DNA from: an uncultured candidatus Porisulfidus sp.
GTDB taxonomy: Bacteria > Pseudomonadota > Gammaproteobacteria > Poriferisulfidales > Poriferisulfidaceae
Length of the DNA: 64,000 bases
Reading direction: 5' to 3'
Assembly (NCBI GenBank): GCA_965116525.1
Contig: OZ220694.1
Location: 48,770 to 112,769 of the forward strand
The notes beneath the pieces were generated by a model, which saw nothing but the letters and a program-made list of their open reading frames with translations, was not told the DNA's origin and made no database searches. Below, in pieces: positions 29,325 to 39,001 of this stretch. The translations under genes and the position numbers were made by a program. How positions within the stretch are numbered: position 1 is the stretch's first letter; each line of letters begins with the position of its first letter.

Positions 29325-30323
29325 TCATTTCTTCCCCAACTGGTATTTTCGAACGGCTTCCACATGTTCCTCATAGGTTTTCGAAAAATAATGGCTCCCG
29401 TCTCCGACTGCGACATAGAACAGGTTTTCGGTTTCCAAGTCCGGCTGGAGCGCGGCTTCCAGGGAACGCCGGCCCGGATTACAGATTGGTCCGGGGGGGA
29501 GCCCATAGATCCGGTAAGTATTGTATGGGTTGACCGCAGGGTCTTCCCGCAGGTGCTTCCGGGTCAGATTGTTGTCGAAATCCGGCCCAAGACCGTAGAT
29601 CACCGTCGGGTCCGTCTGAAGGCGCATGTTCTTGCGCAGGCGGGAAATTATGACGCCCGCAACCTCGGGGCGCTCCTCGTGCAAGGTGGTTTCCGCTTCG
29701 ACGATGGAGGCCAGGATCAGGGCATCCCGAGGGTTGTCGTAAGGCAGCCCCGAGGCGCGCGTGGCCCATAGTTCTTCCAGGGTCTCGCGCATGGCCATGA
29801 TGCACAATTCCAGAATCTTATAGTCCGGATCACCCCGGTAATGCTTATAGGTATCCGGAAGGCATGCCCCCTCCGCTTCTTCCGCTGTGGAGTACCCGAA
29901 TCGCGCCAGGGGGTTCTCCGTTTTCTTTACGGTGGGATTCTTTTTCAGCGCTTCCAGTATTTCCCGAGTGGTCCAACCCTCGAAAAAGGTCTGCCGGTGC
30001 AGCACCCCACCGCCATCGATCAGTTCCTTGAGGACCCTCAACGTGGTCATGGGGCCCAGCAGAACGTACTCGCCCGCCTTGATCCGGGTTTCGGCCCCGA
30101 GCAGCTTCGCTGCGATCCAGGCATACAGTGATCCCGCGACCGCTTCATGCTGAATCAATTTGTCCGTAACTTGCGAGAAGCTGTCGCCCTTGTCGACAGT
30201 CAAAGCGATGACGTGCTCCGCCGGGATCGTGGGCCGGGTCAGGGCATTCCAGACGTGCGCTCCCAGCGCGACCGCGGCAATGAACGCCACCATGGCGGCC
30301 AAGCGCAGATGGTGAGGCTTCAT
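29325..30323 (-). CDS. mltG: Endolytic transglycosylase MltG (YceG)
   Basis: LASIVEAET, LQTDPTVIYG, YNTY...GLPPGPI, LYYVA. Confidence 0.93.
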   Translation of the reverse strand: MKPHHLRLAAMVAFIAAVALGAHVWNALTRPTIPAEHVIALTVDKGDSFSQVTDKLIQHEAVAGSLYAWIAAKLLGAETRIKAGEYVLLGPMTTLRVLKELIDGGGVLHRQTFFEGWTTREILEALKKNPTVKKTENPLARFGYSTAEEAEGACLPDTYKHYRGDPDYKILELCIMAMRETLEELWATRASGLPYDNPRDALILASIVEAETTLHEERPEVAGVIISRLRKNMRLQTDPTVIYGLGPDFDNNLTRKHLREDPAVNPYNTYRIYGLPPGPICNPGRRSLEAALQPDLETENLFYVAVGDGSHYFSKTYEEHVEAVRKYQLGKK

Positions 30324-31129
30324 GAAACCTCCAATCCGTCGATCGTGCGCAACGTCGGCAGCAGGTCCGAGAGCGGATAATCACGACCTTCGAAGGAGCG
30401 AACCGGCCACAGGCCGATCAGCGTGTTGCACAAGAACAGGGCCTGGGCTTCCTCCACCTGTTCTAGCCCGACCTTGGAGATCTCCACCGGAATGCCCAGC
30501 TTGGGGGATCGGTCGATGATCCGTTGCCGGGTGACGCCGGCCACTCCGCACCGGCTCAGGTCTGGAGTCACCAACGTGTTTTCACGCACCAGGAATACGT
30601 TGCTCATGGTTCCCTCGATGACGTTTCCGTCCAGGTCAAGCATCAGGCCCTCTTCCGCCTCATCCTGCCATTCTTGCCGGGCCAACACCTGTTCTAGCCG
30701 GCTGCAATGCTTGAGGCCGGCCAGCGCGGGGTTGTGCCCCAAACGAGTTTGGCATAGCCGGACACGAACGCCTTCCTGCGCATGTTGTGGAGGATGGTCC
30801 GGCCAGTCGTTCGCGATAAGTACCCTGCGGGGGGCGGCTCCCGGTTGAACCCGGTATCCGCGTGGCCCCGAGCCGCGAGTGAGTAGGATTTTGACAACTT
30901 TTCGGTCGGCATTCTTGCTCAGTTCAGAGACTTCGTGTTCCAGCAAGGCCGGATCAGGACACGGCAAGCCCAGCCGTTGGCATCCTTCGCTGAGTCGCCG
31001 CCAGTGATCTTCCCAACAGCGAATCTCCCCCGCGAAAACCGCTAGGGTTTCGAACAGTCCATCGCCATAGTGGAGATTCCGGTCCGTCGCGTCGACCTGA
31101 GATTGTGCGACGCCATCGACCAAAATCAT
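30320..31129 (-). CDS. pabC: 4-amino-4-deoxychorismate lyase
   Basis: YGDGLFET, AGLKH, EGTMSN, GVAGVTR; lies between fabF and mltG. Confidence 0.92.
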   Translation of the reverse strand: MILVDGVAQSQVDATDRNLHYGDGLFETLAVFAGEIRCWEDHWRRLSEGCQRLGLPCPDPALLEHEVSELSKNADRKVVKILLTRGSGPRGYRVQPGAAPRRVLIANDWPDHPPQHAQEGVRVRLCQTRLGHNPALAGLKHCSRLEQVLARQEWQDEAEEGLMLDLDGNVIEGTMSNVFLVRENTLVTPDLSRCGVAGVTRQRIIDRSPKLGIPVEISKVGLEQVEEAQALFLCNTLIGLWPVRSFEGRDYPLSDLLPTLRTIDGLEVS

Positions 31130-31159
31130 GAGCAGGACTCAGTCCGGAACTAGCCCCGT

Positions 31160-32401
31160 TCAGACACGCTTGAGGACCAGGCTGCCATTGGTCCCCCCAA
31201 AGCCGAATGAATTCGACAGAACCACCTCTACCGGTGCTTCGCGGGCTGTATTGGGGACGTAGTCGAGATCGCAGTCGGGATCCGGGTTTTGGTAATTCAT
31301 GGTGGGAGGGATGACCTGGTGGTGCATGGTCAATGCGCTGAAAACCGCTTCGACGCCACCGGCGGCACCGAGCAGGTGCCCGATCATCGATTTGTTGGAG
31401 CTGATCGCCACCGTTTTGGCATGCTCCTGAAATACGGTCTTGATGGCTTCGGTTTCCGCTTTATCTCCCGCTGGGGTCGACGTGCCGTGTGCATTGATGT
31501 AGTCCACCTCTTCCGGAGAAATCTGGGCATCTTCCAGAGCCCGGCGCATGCAACGGGCGGCCCCTTCCCCGCCGGGGCCGGGTTGGGTCATGTGATGAGC
31601 ATCCCCGTTCATTCCGAACCCCATCACTTCGCAATAGATCCGGGCACCCCGGGCCTTTGCGGATTCGTATTCCTCGAGCACCAGCACACCTGCTCCCTCT
31701 CCCAAAACAAATCCGTCGCGCTCGGCATCCCAGGGACGAGACGCAGTTTCGGGATCATCGTTATGTGAGGCGCAGAGGGCCCGAGCCGAGGCAAAGCCAC
31801 CGACGCCAAGTGGACTGGTCGCCATTTCGGCTCCACCTGCCACCATCACGTCGGCATCACCATTGGTGATTGCCCGGGCTGCCAATCCGATGTTGTGCGT
31901 GCCCGTGGCGCAGGCCGAGACAACGGCGATGTTGGGGCCTTTGAGGTTGAACATGACGGACAGGTCGCCCGAAACCATGTTGATGATGCTGCTGGGCACG
32001 AAGAATGGAGAGATCCTGCGCGGTCCGGAAGCCGAGAAGGCACCGTGGTTATTTTCGATGCACGGCAATCCCCCGATTCCAGAGCCGATGGCTACGCCAA
32101 TGCCCGGCGCATTTTCTTCAGTGACCTCCAGCCCTGAATCCCGAATGGCATCCGCGGCAGCGGCAATGCCGTAGTGGATGAAGACATCCATCTTCTTCTG
32201 TTCCTTAGGGGGGATGTAGTCGTCGGCATTGAAGTCGATGACCGAGCCACAGATGCGTACGGAAAAATCAGTCGCATCAAAACGGGTGATGGGTCGGATT
32301 CCGCTGCGGCCCGCCGTTAGATTCTCCCAAGCTTTGGGAACTGTCGAACCAACCGGCGAAACCACTCCAAGGCCGGTGACTACGACTCTACGCCGGGACA
32401 T
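31160..32401 (-). CDS. fabF: Beta-ketoacyl-ACP synthase II
   Basis: [29 protein letters not shown]. Confidence 0.96.
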   Translation of the reverse strand: MSRRRVVVTGLGVVSPVGSTVPKAWENLTAGRSGIRPITRFDATDFSVRICGSVIDFNADDYIPPKEQKKMDVFIHYGIAAAADAIRDSGLEVTEENAPGIGVAIGSGIGGLPCIENNHGAFSASGPRRISPFFVPSSIINMVSGDLSVMFNLKGPNIAVVSACATGTHNIGLAARAITNGDADVMVAGGAEMATSPLGVGGFASARALCASHNDDPETASRPWDAERDGFVLGEGAGVLVLEEYESAKARGARIYCEVMGFGMNGDAHHMTQPGPGGEGAARCMRRALEDAQISPEEVDYINAHGTSTPAGDKAETEAIKTVFQEHAKTVAISSNKSMIGHLLGAAGGVEAVFSALTMHHQVIPPTMNYQNPDPDCDLDYVPNTAREAPVEVVLSNSFGFGGTNGSLVLKRV

Positions 32402-32528
32402 ACGGGAACCGGAATCGGGAGTGGGTCATGAAAAACAGGGCTGTTGGGCGCCGATGACCGTGGAATCCACCAGAATCTTCTTGCGCAGACGATGTTCTGG
32501 GCTGATCAGAGATCCGAAGGGAGAAGAG

Positions 32529-32771
32529 CTATTCGCTGGATCCGTTCGTGATGAAATCCACCGCCTGTTGGACGGTCGTGATTTTCTCGGCCATCTCATC
32601 GGGGATGGTCAGGTCGAATTCTTCTTCTAGAGCCATGACCAACTCCACCGTGTCCAAGGAGTCGGCATCCAGATCAGCAACAAACGCCGATGACAGCGAG
32701 ATTTCGCCCCGGTCAACGCCTAGTTGCTCCGAAACGACTTTCATGACACGTTCTTCGATGTTGTCGCTCAT
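32529..32771 (-). CDS. acpP: Acyl carrier protein
   Basis: [20 protein letters not shown]. Confidence 0.95.
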   Translation of the reverse strand: MSDNIEERVMKVVSEQLGVDRGEISLSSAFVADLDADSLDTVELVMALEEEFDLTIPDEMAEKITTVQQAVDFITNGSSE

Positions 32772-32930
32772 TATGATTATTTCCTCAGGTTGATAAGTGA
32801 ATCGTGGAAGGCTGAAAAATAAGCGATGCGGCAAACGCATCTCCGTCCCACATTCCGGGTCAATTATAGCAATACCGGCGGCGCAGGAATTCCATATGGT
32901 TGTGTCGGCAGGATGGGCGGCCTCCACCGC

Positions 32931-33668
32931 TCAGCCCATGAACATGCCCCCATTGACGTGGAGCGTCTCCCCCGTGATGTATCCCCCTCCTTCTCCGGCC
33001 AGATAGAGGACTGCTGCGGCAACGTCCTCGGCGGTTCCCAGGCGCTGCAGCGGAATCCGCTGCCGCAGTTCGCCCTGCTGTTCGTCCGAGAGTGCCCGGG
33101 TCATGTCTGTCTCGATGAAGCCCGGGGCTACGCAGTTGGCCGTAATGCCGCGCATGCCGACCTCTTGGGCCAGCGCCCGGGTGAACCCGATCAGGCCGGC
33201 TTTGGTGGATGCATAGTTGGTCTGGCCGGGATTGCCGATGAAGGCGACCACGGAGGACAGGCTGATGATGCGCCCATGCCGCGCCTTGAGCATGCCGCGC
33301 AGGCAGCCGCGGGTGAGCTGAAAGACTCCCCGCAGGTTAGTGCTGAGGACATCGTCCCATTCTTCGTCTTTCATGCGGAGCAGGAGGTTGTCCCGGGTGA
33401 TGCCGGCATTGTTGACCAGAATCGTCGGCATGTGACCCTGTTCGCTCAGGCGCGCGAGCAGCGCGCTCACGGATTCCGGATCCTGCAGTTGGAGGGTCTC
33501 CCCTGCCCCCTGCAGCCCTGCCTCGTTGAGAAGCGTGCCGACTTGTTGTGCTCCTTCCTGCGTGGTGGCGGTGCCGGTGACATACGCGCCGTTTTCAGCC
33601 AGTGCCAAGGCGATCGCCCGGCCGATTCCCCGGCTGGCACCGGTTACCAAAGCGTTTTCACCCTGCAT
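32931..33668 (-). CDS. fabG: 3-oxoacyl-ACP reductase
   Basis: TGASRGIG, NNAGITRD, YASTK. Confidence 0.95.
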   Translation of the reverse strand: MQGENALVTGASRGIGRAIALALAENGAYVTGTATTQEGAQQVGTLLNEAGLQGAGETLQLQDPESVSALLARLSEQGHMPTILVNNAGITRDNLLLRMKDEEWDDVLSTNLRGVFQLTRGCLRGMLKARHGRIISLSSVVAFIGNPGQTNYASTKAGLIGFTRALAQEVGMRGITANCVAPGFIETDMTRALSDEQQGELRQRIPLQRLGTAEDVAAAVLYLAGEGGGYITGETLHVNGGMFMG

Positions 33669-34602
33669 CTGCGGTCTCCTCCAATGCTTGATTCAGGCTG
33701 TCCGAAGTCTCCAGACACAGACCGCGCATCGACTTGTCGATGCGCCGGCCTAATCCCGTCAGGATCTTCCCTGGCCCCATTTCGATCTGCAGGTTCACGC
33801 CCTGCTCTGTCATCCACAGTATACTTTCCGTCCAGCGCACCGGCGAGTACAGCTGCCGCTTCAGCGCGTCCCGGATCCGGGCAGGATCCGCCTCCGCTCG
33901 AACGTCGACATTATTGATGACCGGAATTTCCGGGCGAGTAAATTCTGCCGCCTCAAGAGCCTCCGCGTAGCGAGCGACTGCTGCGTGCATCAGGCTGGAA
34001 TGCGCGGGGACGCTGACATCCAGCAACATGGCACGTCGTGCACCAGCTTCTCGGCAAGCTTCGGCCGCCTGCTCCACTGCTGGGCGGTGCCCGGAAAGAA
34101 CCACCTGGCCGGGGGCATTGAAATTGGCGGGTTCGACCACCGCATCTGGAGACGACACCTGCGTACAGATCTCGCGCACCTGTGCATCTTCAAGACCGAG
34201 CACTGCCGCCATACTGCCAATGCCTTCGCCGACTGCCTGTTGCATCAAGTCGCCCCGATGGCGCACCAGCGGAACTGCGCTGGAAAACTCCAGCGCCCCG
34301 GCTGCCACCAAAGCCGAGTATTCCCCAAAACTGTGGCCGGCGAGGTAGTCGGGAGACGGTCCTCCGCGTTGCTGCCAGATTCGCCAGATCGAAGTCTCCG
34401 CCGCCAGCAGAACCGGCTGGGCATTGCGGGTCTGGTTTAACTGTTCGGCCGGACCTTCATCCGCCAGCTTCCATAAATCCTCGCCCAGCGCTTCGGAAGC
34501 TTCTGCAAAGGTCTTTGCAATTTGGGGATACGCCGCGGCAAGGTTGCCCATCATGCCGACCTTCTGGGCACCCTGCCCTGGGAAAACGCAGGCGAAAGTC
34601 AT
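33658..34602 (-). CDS. fabD: Malonyl-CoA:ACP transacylase
   Basis: FPGQGAQ, GHSFGEY, PAHS. Confidence 0.95.
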   Translation of the reverse strand: MTFACVFPGQGAQKVGMMGNLAAAYPQIAKTFAEASEALGEDLWKLADEGPAEQLNQTRNAQPVLLAAETSIWRIWQQRGGPSPDYLAGHSFGEYSALVAAGALEFSSAVPLVRHRGDLMQQAVGEGIGSMAAVLGLEDAQVREICTQVSSPDAVVEPANFNAPGQVVLSGHRPAVEQAAEACREAGARRAMLLDVSVPAHSSLMHAAVARYAEALEAAEFTRPEIPVINNVDVRAEADPARIRDALKRQLYSPVRWTESILWMTEQGVNLQIEMGPGKILTGLGRRIDKSMRGLCLETSDSLNQALEETADAG

Positions 34603-34676
34603 TGTGCCACTCCCTGTAACTTGTGATTCGGTGAGACATGATTGATAATGAGCGCCCCGCAACCCAGCGAAGAAGC

Positions 34677-34895
34677 ATGCCGAAGGAAGAACATATTGAA
34701 ATGGAGGGGGTCGTTGTCGAGACCCTGCCCAACACCATGTTTCGGGTTGAATTGACGAACGGGCACGTCGTTACAGCCCACATTTCGGGTCGGATGCGGA
34801 AACATTACATCCGAATCCTGACCGGTGACAAGGTCACGGTCGCATTAACCCCATACGATCTCAGCAAAGGCCGCATCGTTTATCGAACCCGATAA
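34677..34895 (+). CDS. infA: Translation initiation factor IF-1
   Basis: [13 protein letters not shown]...[16 protein letters not shown]. Confidence 0.97.
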   Translation: MPKEEHIEMEGVVVETLPNTMFRVELTNGHVVTAHISGRMRKHYIRILTGDKVTVALTPYDLSKGRIVYRTR

Positions 34896-34904
34896 ATACA
34901 GTAA

Positions 34905-37175
34905 TTAGTGCACCGTCGCCGGCACATCCTCTTCGGTCGACTCCACAGTAATGCGCAACCCGGCCTTGTTTGCTGTCAGGCGAACCGTCCCGCCTTCACT
35001 TAGGGTTCCGCACAAGATCTTGTCGGCCAGGGGGACGCGGATCTGGTCTCGCATGACCCGCTCCATACAGCGCGCGCCCATTACCGGATCGAATCCTTCC
35101 TTGGCCAGCCAGCGTCGGGCACGGATATCCGCTTTTAGCCAAATCGCCTGCTCGCGCAGGGAGTCCTGAAGTTCACCCAAAAACTTTCCGACCACCGCCA
35201 GGATGCTCTCCTCGTCAAGCGGGGCGAATTGGACGATGGCATCCAGCCGGTTCCGGAACTCAGGCGCGAAGGCCCGCTCGATCTCCCGTTGAATATCGGT
35301 GCCATGATCCTGTGGCGTGAATCCCATGCTGGCGCGACTGGCCTGGCCCGCTCCGACGTTGCAGGTCATCACCAGCAGCAGATTCCGGAAATCCACGGCC
35401 CGGCCGTTGCTGTCGGTCAACTTGCCGTAATCCATGACCTGCAGCAGCACGTTCATGACATCCGGGTGTGCCTTCTCCACCTCGTCCAGCAGTAGCACCG
35501 CGTACGGATGCTGCATGACCGCCTCGGTCAGCAGGCCTCCTTCGTCGTAGCCGACATAGCCTGGTGGGGCACCGATCAGGCGTGCAACCGATTGGCGTTC
35601 CATATATTCCGACATGTCGAAGCGAAGTAATTCCACCGACATCACCTCCGCCAGTTGGCGGCAGACCTCTGTTTTGCCGACCCCGGTCGGGCCGCTGAAC
35701 AGGAAAGCGCCCATCGGACGCTGCTCCGGTTTCAGGCTGGCCCGAGACACTTTGATTGCCTGAGCCAGTTGGTCGATTGATTCGTCCTGGCCGAAGACCA
35801 GGGCCTTGAGTCTCTGATCCAGATCCAGCAGGGCTTTCGCCGATGAGGTGCTGACGCTGCGTTCCGGAATTCGCGCCATTGTTGCGACGGTGCGCTCCAC
35901 ATCTTGGATCTGCACGGCATAAGGCGCTGGGTTGTCCGGTTCCAAGCGGCAACCGGATCCGGTTTCGTCCATCAGGTCGACGGCCTTGTCCGGAAGCTGC
36001 CGGTCGTGCAGATACTTGGCGGACAGATCCACGATTGCCCGGATGACATCTTCGCCATAGGTGACTTGGTGATGTTTCTCGTAGCTTTCTTTCAAGCCTT
36101 CCAGGATCTGGTAGGTTTCCACAATGGAAGGCTCCTCGACTTCGATTCGGCGGAATCGGCGCGCCAAGGCGGAGTCCTGCTCGAAGATCTGCCGGAATTC
36201 GCGGTGAGTCGTGGCGCCGATGCAGCGGAAACCCTCTGTCGTCAGCAGGGGTTTGAGTTGGTCGGCCGCATCCATGGCCATGCCGGAGGCGGAACCGGCC
36301 CCGACCAGCATGTGAATTTCGTCAATGAAAAGAATCGTGTCCGGGCGTTTCTTCAGGCTATTCAGGAAATTCTTCATGCGTTCCTCGAAATCGCCGCGAA
36401 ACCGGGTCCCAGCCACAAGGTTGCCGACATTCAGGGACAGTACCGTCGACGCAGCCAGATTCTTCGGGACATCACCTTGGACGATCCTCCAGGCAAGCCC
36501 CTCGGCCAGTGCCGTCTTGCCGACTCCCGCCTCGCCAACCAAAACCACGTTGTTTTTCCGCCTTCGCCCCAGAGTTCGGATCATCTGGTTTATTTCATCC
36601 TGGCGCCCGATCAGTGCGTCAATCGCCCCTGCCTTCACGCGTTCGTTGAGGTCTATTGCACAGTGCTCCATGGCAACCTTGGAGCGTGCCAAAACCTCCA
36701 TCGGGTCGCCGCGCTGGGGTGATTTCCGCCCTTCGCCTTCTTGCGCGCCAAACCGGACGCGATCCATGCGAACCCGGAATTGTGACACCTGATCGCGGTC
36801 GAGGCCATGTTTCCGGAGCAATTGCACTGCATGCGACTGTGGTTCTTCGAATAGCATTTCCAGTACATGCACACCGGTGGGGATCTCGAAAATCATCTGC
36901 GCGCGCGCCTGCACACGGCTGACGCTGCGCGTCTCCTCCACCTTCTGAGACGTGCTGCCGGTGCGGGGGGTGTGGCGGTCGATGAACTCGAGCAGTTCGT
37001 CCTGGAAGACCGACAAGGCGATCTCGTGTTCGCGGAACAGCCCCTGCGAGGTGGGCTCGTTCAGGATTGCGAGGACGAGGTGTTCCAGGGTCACATAGCC
37101 GTGACCGCGATTCCGAGCGAGCTGCCAGACTTCCGACAGCGCGCGTTCGAATTCCTCTCCGAATGCGCCGCTCAT
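34905..37175 (-). CDS. clpA: ATP-dependent Clp protease ATP-binding subunit ClpA
   Basis: Two AAA+ modules (GEAGVGKT, GPTGVGKT), RFDMSEY; convergent with infA. Confidence 0.92.
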   Translation of the reverse strand: MSGAFGEEFERALSEVWQLARNRGHGYVTLEHLVLAILNEPTSQGLFREHEIALSVFQDELLEFIDRHTPRTGSTSQKVEETRSVSRVQARAQMIFEIPTGVHVLEMLFEEPQSHAVQLLRKHGLDRDQVSQFRVRMDRVRFGAQEGEGRKSPQRGDPMEVLARSKVAMEHCAIDLNERVKAGAIDALIGRQDEINQMIRTLGRRRKNNVVLVGEAGVGKTALAEGLAWRIVQGDVPKNLAASTVLSLNVGNLVAGTRFRGDFEERMKNFLNSLKKRPDTILFIDEIHMLVGAGSASGMAMDAADQLKPLLTTEGFRCIGATTHREFRQIFEQDSALARRFRRIEVEEPSIVETYQILEGLKESYEKHHQVTYGEDVIRAIVDLSAKYLHDRQLPDKAVDLMDETGSGCRLEPDNPAPYAVQIQDVERTVATMARIPERSVSTSSAKALLDLDQRLKALVFGQDESIDQLAQAIKVSRASLKPEQRPMGAFLFSGPTGVGKTEVCRQLAEVMSVELLRFDMSEYMERQSVARLIGAPPGYVGYDEGGLLTEAVMQHPYAVLLLDEVEKAHPDVMNVLLQVMDYGKLTDSNGRAVDFRNLLLVMTCNVGAGQASRASMGFTPQDHGTDIQREIERAFAPEFRNRLDAIVQFAPLDEESILAVVGKFLGELQDSLREQAIWLKADIRARRWLAKEGFDPVMGARCMERVMRDQIRVPLADKILCGTLSEGGTVRLTANKAGLRITVESTEEDVPATVH

Positions 37176-37343
37176 TACACCCTCCCCCGCACTCCGCGGG
37201 ATGCTTTTGACGGTTTCAGCCGCCTTGCTTGCCGAATCCGCCTAGGCGGGCACTCGGACATTAGGAGAAGTGGCTGAAAGTTCGTCTTTTATTGAAATTC
37301 ACTCTATCATATCCTTGCTATAAATTCGGTTTGAGTTCTCACC

Positions 37344-37787
37344 ATGGATTGGACTTCCCACCTAACCGTCGCCGCGATTGCAGAGCGGGACGGCCAGTTC
37401 CTGTTGGTCGAAGAGCAGGTCGGCGGCGCGACGGTTATCAACCAGCCTGCGGGGCATGTGGACGGTGACGAATCCCTGATGCAGGGCTGCGTCCGCGAGA
37501 TCCTTGAGGAGGCGGCCTGGGAATTTCGGCCGGAAGCCTTGGTCGGGGTCTATCAGTACCACCCGCCCGGCCTGTCGCACGTATATCTTCGTTTCGCGTT
37601 CTGCGGGCGGTTGATCCAGGAATACCCTGATCAAGAGCTGGACGACACAATCATCCGAACCGTGTGGATGACGCGGGATGAGATTGCCGCCCTGCCGGAA
37701 CGCCAGCTGCGAAGCCCGATGGTGCTGCAATGCGTCGACGACTACCTGGCCGGAGCCCGGCACCCGCTTTCACTCATCTCTTCCTGA
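37344..37787 (+). CDS. nudJ: NUDIX hydrolase (NudJ-like)
   Basis: NQPAGH...REILEE, YLRFAF, RSPMV; upstream of mnmA. Confidence 0.8.
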   Translation: MDWTSHLTVAAIAERDGQFLLVEEQVGGATVINQPAGHVDGDESLMQGCVREILEEAAWEFRPEALVGVYQYHPPGLSHVYLRFAFCGRLIQEYPDQELDDTIIRTVWMTRDEIAALPERQLRSPMVLQCVDDYLAGARHPLSLISS

Positions 37788-37800
37788 TCGAATTCCCGCT

Positions 37801-38898
37801 ATGACAGCGCAGGTGTTGATTGGGCTGTCTGGCGGCGTCGATTCGGCGGTCGCCGCTTGGAAGCTTCGCGAAAGTGGTGTGGATGTCGAGGCGGTATTCA
37901 TGAAGAACTGGGAGGAAGACGACACTGAGGAGTACTGTGCGGCGGCGGTGGACCTCGCGGATGCCCGCGCAATCTGCGACCTGCTCGACCTGCGACTGCA
38001 CACCATCAATTTTTCCTCGGAATACTGGGATCGCGTATTTCAAGTCTTTCTGGCCGAGTATTCGGCTGGCCGCACCCCGAACCCCGACATCCTGTGTAAT
38101 CGGGAAATCAAGTTTCGGGCTTTCCTAGACTACGCTCGGACGCTTGGCGCGGAACGTATCGCTACGGGGCATTACGCAGGTATCCGATTCCACGGCCTCA
38201 CCCCGGAACTGATCCAAGCCGAGGATCGGGACAAGGACCAGACCTATTTCCTCCACCGCCTGGATCAGCAGCAGATCGTGGCCGCACACTTCCCTCTGCA
38301 CGGCATGACCAAACAGGAAACCCGGGAACAGGCACGCCGGATCGGCCTCCCGGTTCATGACAAGAAAGACAGCACCGGTATCTGCTTCATTGGGGAGCGG
38401 CGCTTTCAAGATTTTCTGGCGAACTACATCCCGGCTCACCCCGGCCCTATCGTCGACTCCTCCGGCCGCAAGCTCGGAGAACACCAGGGATTGGCATTCC
38501 AGACGATCGGCCAACGTACCGGCCTGGGCATTGGAGGGGTCTCTGGAAGCAACGAAGGCCCGTGGTACGTTGTTGGCAAGGATATGGAAAGCGGCCAGGT
38601 GACCGTGACTCAGGATCGGGACCACCCGGCCTTGAATGTGCGCGTGCTGGAGATCGAACCCCCTCACTGGATCGCCGGCATACCGCCGGAGGAACATGCA
38701 CTAAAGGCGCGAATTCGTCACCGCCAGCCCTTGCAAGACTGCCGGCTGGAGCAAGGCGGAGATGTTTATCGAGTAAGTTTTACCGAGCCACAGTGGGCTC
38801 CCGCCCCAGGTCAGTCGGTGGTGTTCTATCTAGGGGAAGTCTGTCTTGGTGGAGGCATTATTCTTAAAGCGCTGTGTGAGAGTGAGCGCCCTTCCTAA
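37801..38898 (+). CDS. mnmA: tRNA 2-thiouridylase
   Basis: SGGVDS, PNPDILCN, ATGHY, KDQTYFL, DSTGICF. Confidence 0.96.
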   Translation: MTAQVLIGLSGGVDSAVAAWKLRESGVDVEAVFMKNWEEDDTEEYCAAAVDLADARAICDLLDLRLHTINFSSEYWDRVFQVFLAEYSAGRTPNPDILCNREIKFRAFLDYARTLGAERIATGHYAGIRFHGLTPELIQAEDRDKDQTYFLHRLDQQQIVAAHFPLHGMTKQETREQARRIGLPVHDKKDSTGICFIGERRFQDFLANYIPAHPGPIVDSSGRKLGEHQGLAFQTIGQRTGLGIGGVSGSNEGPWYVVGKDMESGQVTVTQDRDHPALNVRVLEIEPPHWIAGIPPEEHALKARIRHRQPLQDCRLEQGGDVYRVSFTEPQWAPAPGQSVVFYLGEVCLGGGIILKALCESERPS

Positions 38899-39001
38899 GC
38901 GCATTCGTGCGAAAATAGATACCTTTCGCCGACGGATCTGTGCCAGCAGGATGCTCGCATTCACCTTCTCGGATCACTAAAATTTATTCAATTACAAAAA
39001 C

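Noticed and set aside
32402-32528. 127-bp acpP-fabF gap as a possible sRNA or riboswitch
   Set aside because: No convincing stem-loop or known motif could be identified by eye.
32826-33917. 363-aa plus-strand ORF opposite fabG/fabD
   Set aside because: Antisense shadow of clear housekeeping genes, as often seen opposite SDR genes.
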